Assembly: GCA_965197475.1 (NCBI GenBank)
Contig: CBDANF010000003.1
Span: 2,272,001-2,336,000, forward strand
Source: Candidatus Poribacteria bacterium
GTDB lineage: Bacteria > Poribacteria > WGA-4E > WGA-3G
Length of the DNA stretch: 64,000 bases
Direction: 5' to 3'
Shown: positions 30,685-41,665 of the stretch, in pieces
Layout: each line of letters opens with the position of its first letter
How positions within the stretch are numbered: position 1 is the first letter of the stretch
The notes under the pieces: generated by a model
The model's database searches: none
What the model was told of the DNA's origin: nothing
The model's input: the letters and a program-made list of their open reading frames with translations, nothing else
Translations under genes and position numbers: made by a program

Positions 30685-30822
30685 CTACCTCTCACCCTGC
30701 TCACGAATCGCAACCAACTCTTCCAAGATACGTTTATGAAGTCGATATAACTCAACCCCTATCCCGAAGCCAATACCGACTAATACACCGACTCCTACAA
30801 TAAATACGGTTTTTCGAGACAT
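30685..30822 (-). CDS. 45-aa single-pass membrane peptide, absent from ORF track
   Basis: AAAGGA RBS; MSRKTVFIVGVGVLVGIGFGIGVELYRLHKRILEELVAIREQGER*. Confidence 0.65.
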   Translation of the reverse strand: MSRKTVFIVGVGVLVGIGFGIGVELYRLHKRILEELVAIREQGER

Positions 30823-30855
30823 GTGCCGATCCTTTATTATGTTTAGTGTGTGTTT

Positions 30856-32103
30856 TTACGAAAAGTTTTCAATAATCGCTTCACCGAATTCAGATGTGCG
30901 AACCTTCGTTGCACCTTCCATCAACCGTTCCAGATCGTACGTTACCTTCTTTTGGAGAATAGTCTTCTCAAGTCCAGCAATAATCATATCTGCAGCCTCC
31001 TGCCAACCGATATGTTCCAACATCATCACCGCAGAAAGGATAAGCGAACTCGGATTGACAACATCCTGATCCGTATATTTCGGGGCAGTGCCGTGTGTCG
31101 CTTCAAAAAGTGCCACTTCATCGTTGAGATTACCACCGGGTGCCATGCCAATTCCACCGACCTGTGCCGCCGCTGCATCAGAAAGATAATCCCCATTCAA
31201 ATTAGGCGTGGCAATAACATCGTATTCATCGGTTCGCGTTAGAATCTGTTGTAACATGCTATCCGCGATCCTGTCCTTGATAATGATTTTACCTTCTGGG
31301 ACGTTACCGTCGTATGTGTCATAGAGTTCCGCCTCCGTAATAGTTGAGTCAGCAAACTCCTCTTTAGCGAGTTCATATCCCCAGGCACAGAAAGCCCCCT
31401 CAGTAAACTTCATGATATTCCCTTTGTGGACAAAGGTAACGCTGCGTCTGCCGTGTTCAATTGCGTATTGAATTGCCATCCGTGCCAAACGTTTCGTGCC
31501 GAAAATGCTAATCGGTTTAATGCCAACGCCAGAGTCCTCTCGAATCTCAACACCCATTTCAGTTCGCAGCAGGTCAATAACCTTTTTCACCTCCGGTGTC
31601 CCCTGTTCCCATTCAATACCAGCGTATACATCCTCGGTATTTTCACGGAAGATGACAACATCCATCTTTTCAGGATGCGTAACAGGGGCAGGCACACCTT
31701 GGAAATAGCGGACAGGTCTCACACAAGCATAGAGTTCAAGTACCTGACGTAATGTCACGTTTAAACTGCGAAAACCGCCACCGACAGGGGTTGTTAGTGG
31801 GCCTTTCAGAGCAACACGGAAATGCTCAATTCCTTTGAAGGTATCTTGTGGCAACCATTCATTATATTTATCCATGGCATTTTCGCCAGCGTATATATCA
31901 AACCAAACGATTTGATTCTTACCACCGAAAGCATTGTGGACAGCTGCATCAACGACACGACGGGTTGTTTTCATGATGTCTCGCCCGATACCGTCGCCCT
32001 CAATCACAGGAATAATCGGGTTATTTGGGACAACCATCTGCCCATTTGCAGATTCTATTTTCTCACCCGCTGTCGGGACTTTTAATTGGTCAAATTCAAT
32101 CAC
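30856..32103 (-). CDS. icd: Isocitrate dehydrogenase (NADP, E. coli type)
   Basis: [54 protein letters not shown]; GTG start after AAAGGA. Confidence 0.97.
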   Translation of the reverse strand: MIEFDQLKVPTAGEKIESANGQMVVPNNPIIPVIEGDGIGRDIMKTTRRVVDAAVHNAFGGKNQIVWFDIYAGENAMDKYNEWLPQDTFKGIEHFRVALKGPLTTPVGGGFRSLNVTLRQVLELYACVRPVRYFQGVPAPVTHPEKMDVVIFRENTEDVYAGIEWEQGTPEVKKVIDLLRTEMGVEIREDSGVGIKPISIFGTKRLARMAIQYAIEHGRRSVTFVHKGNIMKFTEGAFCAWGYELAKEEFADSTITEAELYDTYDGNVPEGKIIIKDRIADSMLQQILTRTDEYDVIATPNLNGDYLSDAAAAQVGGIGMAPGGNLNDEVALFEATHGTAPKYTDQDVVNPSSLILSAVMMLEHIGWQEAADMIIAGLEKTILQKKVTYDLERLMEGATKVRTSEFGEAIIENFS

Positions 32104-32196
32104 TGGGATTCCTTTCTGATTCACACAGAATATCTGTAGGATCTGCTCACATTTTTTATTAGTATTTATAGGGGAGTCGTGCCAGAAAACCTTCTA

Positions 32197-33753
32197 TCAG
32201 TTAAATATGTCAACTCCTGCCATCCGGTTGTGTAATGAAACGACCTCATTCGCGATGGTCATGTCATCGGAAGGCTTAGGAATAATTTCAGGGTCTGGGG
32301 GAATGACTGGTCGGATAATTTTCATTTGGAGTTGTTCGCGCGCATCCATTATCCAACCAAATCCGCGGAAGATGTAAGTCAGGAATGTCCTATCGCTTTC
32401 ATAGATATCCAAGCCTTCTTGAACTGCCCATCCGCCAAAGTCTGTATTAGGGGTTAAGCGGAGCGGCGGTTCGTTTTCACGACCGGGACGAACGATTCCC
32501 TCAATGAACGCTATTTGGTAGATGCGTTGCATAATTGCTAACCGCTTTTTCTGTTTATCGCTGAGTTGAATTTCCCCTGTTTCAACAGCATCTATGAAAG
32601 GATTAAAATAGATTGCTGGTCTTGGGTCTTGTTGAATTTCATCAGATCTGCCCGCAGCGGCGATTTCTGGATGTCCAAAGGTTGGTAGTGCCACACGCAT
32701 CCGTTCTCTGATTGCCGTTTCTCTGGCTTCAGTATTGAGAGATTCTATCTGATTGATGAATGCTGTCATATCGTGAATCGCGCCGAAATGTCGATCACCG
32801 TCTAAAGCCATCTGTGAGGCAACAAAGAAATCGGAAACTGCACCGGCGTATAAAGTGGCGAGATAACGCGCAACAACGTTTGAACCTGCAGAACCGTGGT
32901 GCGTTTGTATAACCCCCATACGTTCTAAAATGGACGATTCAACAGAGCTTGCTTCCCTACCTAAAAGAAGACTATAACATGTTTGGAAGGCTGTTTTTTC
33001 GCTTTTTTGGTGTTCAACAATAAGATCGTTCGCTCGCATCGCAAGAACTTGGGGATGTAAAGCACTGCTATTTCTCAACTGGTGACGCATGTAGACAGAG
33101 ATTGTGCCAAATGCAACGTTCTCCATGTGCGTTCCGATGAGTTCTAACAACAGAGAACCGGAATTCCTTGTGCCTTTAATTCCTTTCTGATGCGGGATAC
33201 TTAGTTTGCGAAGTGTAGAAAAATGTTGGATGACTGCTTCAGGTCCAGCTTCTGGAAAGGATTTTACAAATTCTGCGACCTGATTGATGAGGCGTTGATT
33301 ACCTGATAACCCTTCTCTTCGGAGGTCAGTAAACCGGTAAAACTTTTTATCTATTAAGTCTGACAAAATCGTTTCTTCATCTAAACCATCAGAATGTTTC
33401 TCAGGTTTTCTGCCAAAGAGTCCGGCAAAGATAACGGACGCGGGGGTAAGTCGGTTGGCAATAATCTCGCTTTCTGTAACAACACCGCGAATTCCAAAAC
33501 TTCGGATATTCAGGGTTATCTGCGTCTTCCCACAGTCCACGGAGGCCTTGTGTAACGCGGGATTAGCGAAAACGTTTGTGGATTGCGGCATTGAACTAAA
33601 ACTTTTTAATGCCGCTGCAATTTTTTCTTCCCCCAACTCTGTCGCCCTAACCATCGACTCTGTTACAGGGGAATACACCGAGGCTGCGGGAACTTCAGAC
33701 AGGATTTTTCTGACCGCCGCTACCTGTTTCGCCTCCAAATTCTTATTCAACAT
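32197..33753 (-). CDS. Divergent citrate-synthase-family enzyme
   Basis: HFGA, FGH, DPR, PNTDF and R..GW...REQ match citrate synthase catalytic motifs; first gene of the icd-mdh run. Confidence 0.75.
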   Translation of the reverse strand: MLNKNLEAKQVAAVRKILSEVPAASVYSPVTESMVRATELGEEKIAAALKSFSSMPQSTNVFANPALHKASVDCGKTQITLNIRSFGIRGVVTESEIIANRLTPASVIFAGLFGRKPEKHSDGLDEETILSDLIDKKFYRFTDLRREGLSGNQRLINQVAEFVKSFPEAGPEAVIQHFSTLRKLSIPHQKGIKGTRNSGSLLLELIGTHMENVAFGTISVYMRHQLRNSSALHPQVLAMRANDLIVEHQKSEKTAFQTCYSLLLGREASSVESSILERMGVIQTHHGSAGSNVVARYLATLYAGAVSDFFVASQMALDGDRHFGAIHDMTAFINQIESLNTEARETAIRERMRVALPTFGHPEIAAAGRSDEIQQDPRPAIYFNPFIDAVETGEIQLSDKQKKRLAIMQRIYQIAFIEGIVRPGRENEPPLRLTPNTDFGGWAVQEGLDIYESDRTFLTYIFRGFGWIMDAREQLQMKIIRPVIPPDPEIIPKPSDDMTIANEVVSLHNRMAGVDIFN

Positions 33754-33912
33754 GAAATCTCCTTCGTTCAGAATCTGATTCGTCCAAGAACACATAACTA
33801 CCTAAAAACGCAGCTACCAAACCGACATAAAAAACCGCATGTGGACGGTGAGGTTTCTCAGATTCCATCTTTTAAGAAAGTTTGCTGACTGATTGTTTTA
33901 CGTCTTTAAAAT

Positions 33913-33941
33913 ATGTTATCAAAAATTTGATTAAAAGTCAA
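33913..33941 (-). promoter_or_regulatory. Sigma-70-type promoter for the TCA operon
   Basis: TTGACT-N17-TAACAT on the minus strand. Confidence 0.5.
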
Positions 33942-33971
33942 GATAAAAGTTAAAGCCCTCGATCAGAAAAT

Positions 33972-34000
33972 TGGACAATAACATACTTATATGTTATACT
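33972..34000 (+). promoter_or_regulatory. Divergent sigma-70-type promoter
   Basis: TGGACA-N17-TATACT with extended TG. Confidence 0.5.
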
Positions 34001-34927
34001 GATGTTACAGTTTCAACTCAAGGCATAATCCCAAGGCAAAACCAAGGGCACCTAATCCCAACACGATGAAAAGCGATTTATGAGATTACCTGCTAACAGG
34101 AAACAACGGACAAAGCAAATGAAAAAACTTGCGATTATTGTTTTAATGTTAACAGCGTTGCTTTACGTATGTAGCATCGCACAAGAATGGACAAAACCGG
34201 AAAACACATTGCACAAGTACGATATAGCAGTTGAGACTTATCATCCACCTGATAACGTTGGACATCCTACGTTCATGAGTCCACACGCATCGCCAATTGT
34301 AGTCCGCAATGGCTACGTCTTTGTCGTGAATACACCAGCAGATACAGTCGATATCATTGACACTAAAACCCGTGCCATCGTGAAACGTATCAACGTCGGC
34401 ATTGATCCAGTCGGTATTGCAGTCCGCCCTGATGGCAAAGAGGTCTGGGTAGCAAATCACGTTTCCGATTCAGTTAGCGTAATTGATACGAATCCTACGA
34501 GCCCGACGTGGTTACAGATTATCGCTACGGTGCAGAATTTTGACCCCAAAACGCGTGCAACCCGTTTTGATGAACCCGTAGGAATCGCTTTCGCGAGTAA
34601 TGATAAAGCCTACGTCGCATTCTCTTCTGAAAATCAGATTGCCGTTATCAACGTAAGAACACGCCACGTGAACAAAAGACTTGACATCACAGCACAAGAC
34701 CCGCGCGCTATCACCGTCCGTGATGACCGCCTCTACGTCATTCCCTTTGAGTCTAACAACAAAACACAGCTTTCAGGTGGCACCGGCCCAATTGACGGAA
34801 AAATGACCACCTTTGATGCACAGAAGCATGTGATTGATAACAATAATGTTTTATCAATAGGCGCAGTATTAGACATCATCAAACACCCCAAAGTGCCAGA
34901 TCGGGATTTGTATGTTTTTGATACCCG

Positions 34928-36019
34928 CAGGACTTACGCAATAATCTACAATTATGTTATACTGTTCTATTATGACTACATTTACACTTTCTAAAAAGAA
35001 GCACCACTTATTTTCTGATTATTGTCAATTTTTGTTAGCGAGTTTCACTAATTTTACACAAACCTATTTTGCAAACCATACGGAGAAGTGGAGCCATGAT
35101 CAACTCAATCGTTTCCTGAGAAACGAAAACATTCCTTCAAGCGAACTCTGGGAATCTGTCAAAGACGACATTGCGTTTGATAAAGATGGATACCTTATCT
35201 TTGACGATGTTGTGCTGTCAAAAATATATTCAAAACTGATTGAAGCTGCCTACCCTCAATGGAGTGGTAGCGACAAAAAGGTCATTGAAGGCATCGGTAT
35301 TGTCACGTGTGTCTATGTTAACCCAAAGACACACGAGTATTGGATCATTGATTACCGCATTTTTGACAAAGACCCTGATGGTAAATCCAAAATTGATCAT
35401 TTACTTGATATGTTGCACGATGCTTACTTCAAGAAACAACTCTCGTTTCGGACAGTGCTAATGGATGCTTGGTATGTATCCATGAAAGTAATGAAAGCGA
35501 TTGCGGCACTTTCCAAGGTCTACTATGCGCCCCTGAAACGAAACAGGCTTGTAAATGATACGGATGGTGTTGAACCGCACCAGCAAGTAAAAAGATTTAT
35601 CTTGGTCTCCATCAGAAACGACACAAGGCAAACGCGTGCATATCAAAAGGTTTCCAAAAGGGTATCAAGTGAAGTTGTTCCGGATTGTGTCTGATACAGG
35701 ACGCACGGAATATATTGTGACAAACGATTTATCTCAATCGGATGCGAAAGCGACAAAACAACAGTGTCGGGTTCGCTGGAAGATTGAGCAACTTCATCGT
35801 GAAATCAAACAATTAACCGGTATTGACAAATGTCAATGCCGCAAACTGCGTGCCCAACGAAACCATATTGCGTGTTGTTTCCAGGTCTGGGTCTGCTTGA
35901 AGCGTGCTGCCCGGAAAATCACTCAAACGATTTACGAACTCAAACAAAGTTTATTGGATGATTACGGACGACATCAACTCTCTAATCCTTCAATAATCTT
36001 CAAAACTGCGTAAGTCCTG
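34928..36019 (+). mobile_element. IS701-family element (1092 bp)
   Basis: IRs CAGGACTTACGCA / TGCGTAAGTCCTG; 5-bp TSD ACCCG. Confidence 0.93.
34972..36013 (+). pseudogene. IS701-family transposase with a +1 frameshift near 35590
   Basis: SHDQLNRFL, FDDVVL, MDAWY, RWKIEQLHREIKQLTG; extra A in gtaaaaagat. Confidence 0.85.
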
Positions 36020-38137
36020 ACCCGAACTGATGAACTCGTTGAAGTCGTTGACACGCTTGGTACGCTGCTTTACGGTTTGACAGTCGACTCCAAAGGACGT
36101 GTATTCATTGCACAGACAGATGCCCGCAACGATGTTAACGGGCTTTCAGGCACAAAAAACCACGGTTTAGCAGAATTAGAAAATCGCCCGTTTCTGAACC
36201 AGATTACGAGCGTCAGTTTCAGCGGTGATTCTGCTAAAGATCCAAAATTCATCAATCTTGAACCGTTGCCACCGTTGCATCCGAAACAAGGAGAGGCTTT
36301 GGCTACACCGTTCGCTATTCAAATCAGTGAAGACGATAACACATTAGTTGTATCCGCTGCAGGGTCGGACCAACTCTTTACTGTGAATACCAAAAGCGGT
36401 GAAATTCTCGGTCGTGTAGATGTTGACGCAGTCCCGCGAGGTATTGCGCTTGAGTCTGATGCTAACGGTAAACCTGCCAGTGCCTGGGTTTTCAATGCAG
36501 TTGCTAATACGGTATCTCTCGTTAATCTATCGAATCTCACCCGTCCAGAGGTGGTTAAGAGCATTTCGTTAGACGATCCCACGCATCCCGCAGTTAAGCG
36601 CGGACGGATTGCCTTCAACGATGCCAACGCATCAACAACCGGCACCTTCTCTTGCGCGAGTTGCCACCCTGATGGACACACAGACCAGTTACTTTGGGTT
36701 TTACAGACACCGATTGTTACAGGAGCTAAACAGATCATGCCTCGTTCAACGATGCCGGTTCGCGGCTTGCGTGATACTGAACCTTACCATTGGGATGGTA
36801 TCCCCGGCGACCCTTACGGTGGTAATAACAGTGCCAATGTTTACAAGAGTGTTGAACCCAACAGCACTCTTGGTGACCCGGAAAGCAGCGTTCGACATCT
36901 CATAGATGGAAGTCTCGCTACAACTATGAGCATGGTAGGTGCTGAGGTTGAAAACGATGAAGGCAAACTTGGCGCATTAACCGGTGCCGAACGCGATGAT
37001 CTGGCAAAGTTTCTGTTAAGCGTGCTTTATCCACCCGCACAAAAACGCGCTTACACGAACGTCTTATCAGACGAAGCGACTAACGGATTCAAACTTTTTC
37101 ATATTGATGGTGACTTACAAGGAAAGCCTGAACCGAATGTCTGCGGTGACTGTCACCGTATGCCGTTTTGGATGAGTACTAATACACCGGGAACTGGCAT
37201 GGAAGCACCTACATGGCGCGGTGCTTATGACCGCTGGCTGATTCTACCACAAGGACGGTTGAACCTAATTGATTTCGATTTCTATCGCGCTGTTGCCGAA
37301 CGTGGAATTCCGGAACAACGTGTGTGGCAATTTTCTTGGGCTGGCAGAAGACGCTTCTACCCTGTTTGGAACATGGTATTGGAAGGCAGCACTGGATTCT
37401 CAGGTGCTTTTGCTCGGCAAGTCACACTCAACAATACATCTGCACTCACGCGACCTACCCGCGACCTATTGAATGCATTGGAACTGTCTGCTAAAGAAGG
37501 CGGCATCATGCTTCTCGGTGAAGGTGTGTTCATTGATGGTGACAAATCCACACCTGTCACGCTTCAGTTCAAAGAGAAGACCTACGTCAAAACAGATGGC
37601 GATAGTAAAACTTTCACCAGAGCACAATTGGTTTTGCTTGCTTCTGAAGGAAAATTTGTTGGCACCTTCACTGCTCGGCATGGTGCAAAGGTAGGTATTG
37701 ATAATCCACAACCGGGGATTTGGACATTGGGACCAATTGAGGCGCAACGCGGACACCAAGATTTTCCAGTCCTGTCTCCTGACAATACCGACATGACAAT
37801 CAGTGGTAGACATATTCACGAGGGTGCCCACCTTTACGTTGATGGTAGGCGAGTAACTGGTACCATTACCTCCCAACAAGGGGAGTTTCTCGACCCAGAT
37901 ATTACCGTAAAATTGGAAACACTGCCTGAGGTTGGAATGCATCTCCTCCAGATTCAAAATCCGGATGGGATGTTCAGTAACGATTTCATCTTCCATGTCA
38001 CTAAAGAAAAGAAGAACGATACTACCAAAGCAAGTTCTCAGAAACCTAAAAACGGTGTTGCATTTCTAAAGCAAGTTCTCGGAAAATCTAAGAAATAGCG
38101 ATTAGCAAACGTATATCCACAAGGAGGTAACGTTATT

Positions 38138-38350
38138 ATGGAAGGTCTCGCTTTAGGTCTCGCTTTAGGTCTCAGCATAGGTTTAGCTGTAGGAGTAGGA
38201 TCTACAAGCCGGAACACGCGAAAGAAAGTTGAACGGCAGCTACGCAACGCAATTGTTGATAAAGAAATTTCTATTCGGGATAAAGATGGTGAACCGTTGA
38301 CGACTGATGCACTTTTTGCCCTTCTTGACAAGAAATATAAGAAGACGTAA
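38138..38350 (+). CDS. Small single-TM protein
   Basis: AGGAGG RBS; Gly/Leu-rich TM followed by a charged tail. Confidence 0.7.
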   Translation: MEGLALGLALGLSIGLAVGVGSTSRNTRKKVERQLRNAIVDKEISIRDKDGEPLTTDALFALLDKKYKKT

Positions 38351-38439
38351 CGATGCTATGAACACTCTCAACAGCATCCTTTAAAAGTTCGTAGTAAGGA
38401 TATTCATCAGCCATTCGCTAAACAGACATTAAAAATTGC

Positions 38440-39840
38440 ATGCCTATGAAAAACGTAGTCGTTGTCGTCATGGCATTAGTGGCGATCATTTTGGTTTCCC
38501 ATGCGGAGGATAGTGTCGTCGGCCACTGGGAAGGAAAAATCAATGTTCCGATCCAAGCACTGACCATAAAGGTTGATCTTTCCATCAAAGACAACAATTG
38601 GAAAGGTACTATTGATATTCCAAGTCAAGGTGCTAAAGGCTTACCGTTATCCAACATCCATATTGAAGAAAGCGATGATAATATAAGCGTCAAATTTGTG
38701 ATCCGTGGCGTACCGGGCAATCCAACTTTCGACGGACACCTACACGAAGGTATCATCAGTGGCAAATTCACCCAAGGTGGTGCTGCATTCAATTTCACAC
38801 TTTCCCGAGACATCGTAACCGATCTTGCCAGACCCCAGGAACCGAAACCACCGTTTCCCTACAAAATCGAAGAAGTCACGTTTCAGAACGGACTTGTTAA
38901 TCTTGCGGGTACTTTAACGTTACCACCTGGCGATGGGCCTTTTCCGGCAGCACTGCTTATTTCCGGTAGTGGTTTGCAGGATCGCGACCAGACGATATTC
39001 GGACACAAGCCGTTTTGGGTGCTTGCCGATTACTTGACCCGTGCTGGTATCGCTGTGCTCCGCGTTGACGATCCAGGCATAGGCAAGTCAACACCACATC
39101 CGAAATCACCAACCACAGCAGATTTCGCAACCGATGCGGAAGCAGGTGTAGCGTTCCTCAAGAAGGACAATCGAATGAAGTCTATCGGTCTGATTGGTCA
39201 TAGTGAAGGTGGTGCCGTCGCTGCCATCGTTGCAAGTCGGGGTGACGACATAAACTTTATCGTGCTGATGGCTGCTCCTGGAGTCCGCGGTGCGGAACTT
39301 TTGCGTAAACAGAACGAACGCATCTTTGATGCTATGGGAATCGTGGAAGAACGTAAGCAAACCTTACTAACGCTTCTTGATCAGTTATTTACAACATTAG
39401 CCTCAGATATGGCAGATGATGAACTACGGCAGCAGGTTGGCGCAATTGTCCGCAAGCAGTTTGAAGTCAACGGTGTTCCCATTGACCAACAAGACAAAAC
39501 ACAAGTGCAAGCAGCGGTTGAACAAATCCTTAACCCATGGATGCGATATTTTCTGGCATTCAATCCGCAGCTTTTTCTCAAGAAAGTTAAATCTCCCGTG
39601 TTAGCACTTAACGGCGAACTTGATGTGCAGGTCGATGCAGAACAAAATCTCACTGGTATCGCTACTGCTCTTGACCAAGGCGGAAATCGCAATGTCACAA
39701 TACATCGCTTACCGAAACACAATCATCTATTTCAACGTGCAACTACAGGACTGGTCAATGAGTACGCTGTTATTGAAGAGACAATCTCACCAAAAGTTTT
39801 GAATCTAATTCGAGACTGGGTGTTGTCAGTGACGCAATAA
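38440..39840 (+). CDS. Secreted alpha/beta hydrolase (S9/S15-like)
   Basis: Signal peptide; ISGSG.QDRD, GHSEG, GELDVQV, NHLFQ. Confidence 0.88.
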   Translation: MPMKNVVVVVMALVAIILVSHAEDSVVGHWEGKINVPIQALTIKVDLSIKDNNWKGTIDIPSQGAKGLPLSNIHIEESDDNISVKFVIRGVPGNPTFDGHLHEGIISGKFTQGGAAFNFTLSRDIVTDLARPQEPKPPFPYKIEEVTFQNGLVNLAGTLTLPPGDGPFPAALLISGSGLQDRDQTIFGHKPFWVLADYLTRAGIAVLRVDDPGIGKSTPHPKSPTTADFATDAEAGVAFLKKDNRMKSIGLIGHSEGGAVAAIVASRGDDINFIVLMAAPGVRGAELLRKQNERIFDAMGIVEERKQTLLTLLDQLFTTLASDMADDELRQQVGAIVRKQFEVNGVPIDQQDKTQVQAAVEQILNPWMRYFLAFNPQLFLKKVKSPVLALNGELDVQVDAEQNLTGIATALDQGGNRNVTIHRLPKHNHLFQRATTGLVNEYAVIEETISPKVLNLIRDWVLSVTQ

Positions 39841-40002
39841 ATTGGGATTTGGAAGGGACGTATTCAGTTGCTGTCTCTAATTCATTGCGGTTTCTAAATC
39901 CTAACTTTTATTTCACCCTCTCTACTTTAATTTGCGATTTACATTTCTATTCTGATATACTGTTATACTACCTGACACCTCCAATCTTCCGCAACGAGGT
40001 TA

Positions 40003-41450
40003 TTGACGGCTATGAATCGCTCTAAAAAGATAACATTTCTGATTGTAGGTGGCATCCTGCTATCCATACTCGGAAATTGCTTCACCGATAGTCCCCATCA
40101 ACCCTATCAATCAAGAAGAACCGTGAATCGTCAAGATTTTGCGAACCGTCAAAGTTCTGTGAACATCCCCTGGCCACACACATCAAATTTACCAATCGTC
40201 ATTATTGATACTTATGGCAGATGGATTCCCGATGAACCCAAGAACCCGGCGCGGATGAAAATTATTTACGATGAATCCGGTGGTAGAAACGGTTTGGATA
40301 GTCCCCACGTCCATTTTGAGGGAAAAATCGGGATAGAGGTAAGAGGACAAACCTTACAAGGGTTTCCAAAAAAGCAATACGGTTTTGAATTTCAGGACGA
40401 AAGCGGCAATGACAAAGATGTATCCATATTTCAATTGCCAGCTGAATCCGATTGGGTGTTGAATGGTCCCTATACCGACAAAAGCCTCATGCGGAACTAC
40501 TTGGCTTATGAGTTCAGCAATCGGATCGGCAGATATGCAAGCAGAACAAAATTCGTTGAAGTGTTCCTCAACACTACAGGGGATAAGACCATTCAAGCAC
40601 GACATTATGTCGGAGTCTATCTACTTATAGAAAAAATTAAGCGAGGAAAAAATCGCGTCCCTATCCAATCGTTGAAACCGACCCACAAAACATCTCCCGA
40701 AATCACTGGGGGATATATCATAAAAATCGATAAGATGGATCGAAATGAGACTTTCTTCAATACTCGGCGCGGCACGAATCTTGCCCATGTATATCCGAAA
40801 GGGCACGAAATGCCTCATGTCCAAAGAGCGTGGATTCGGGATTATATGAGTGTGTTTGAATCTGTGTTAGCTGGAACGCATTTTAGAGACCCAGAGCACG
40901 GGTATGCCAAGTATATTGATGTGGATTCTTTTATCGATCATTTTATCATCAATGAACTTTTCAAAAACACAGACGGATTTCGCTTCAGCGCATACATGTT
41001 CAAAGATAGAGGTGGAAAACTAACGATGGGACCTGTTTGGGATTTCAATCTATCTATGGGTAATACTATTTTCTATGACGCTTGGCAAACCGAGAATTGG
41101 CTTATTTATACAAACCCCGTTCCTTTTTGGTGGGACCGACTGCTATCAGATACCAACTTCAAACATAAACTTGTCAAAAAATGGAAAACACTGCGAAAAA
41201 ACGAACTCGCCACACCAAAAATTCTTGGTGAAATCGATCGAACCGCTGAATACCTGTCCGAAGCACAAAAACGTAACTTCCAGAGATGGCGTGTACTGGT
41301 CGCTCACTTTTTGGTAACCCCGGACCGGGACACTCCACCTATCAAGGAGAAGTGAACGAAATGAAGACCTGGCTGCAAGCTCGACTGAAATGGATGGATA
41401 AACACATTGAATTGCTACCTCAAAAGTATCAATACTCTCGAAGGTATTGA
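40003..41450 (+). pseudogene. CotH kinase family protein with a frameshift near 41298
   Basis: IEVRGQ, PKKQY, DKSLMRNY, YVGVY, NTDG, GPVWDFN; the expected tail EVNEMKTWLQARLKWMD lies in another frame, ending at 41450. Confidence 0.8.
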
Positions 41451-41665
41451 TACTAAGGTAAAGTAATCAACTATGGTGAAGCATAGAATGAATAAACATT
41501 CTTGATTTTGAATTACACTCTTCAGAATTATGCAACCATTTTACCCTTAACCGGCGTCACTATATATGACTCGCGTAATAATTAAAATTGGAGAGAGTCC
41601 TTCAATTTATCTCAATATCGCGCAAGTCAATCTTACAACTATCATAACCGATAACCGATAGCCAG

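Larger units (their letters stand above)
34119..38098 (+). pseudogene. Secreted YVTN/YncE beta-propeller plus di-heme cytochrome c protein, interrupted by IS701
   Basis: Removing the IS and one TSD copy restores FDTR-TDELVEVVD in frame (960 aa); CASCH and CGDCH heme motifs. Confidence 0.88.

Noticed and set aside
30675-30755. Longer protease start given in the ORF track
   Set aside because: Overlaps the 45-aa membrane peptide gene; ATG 30674 has a GAGG-like RBS
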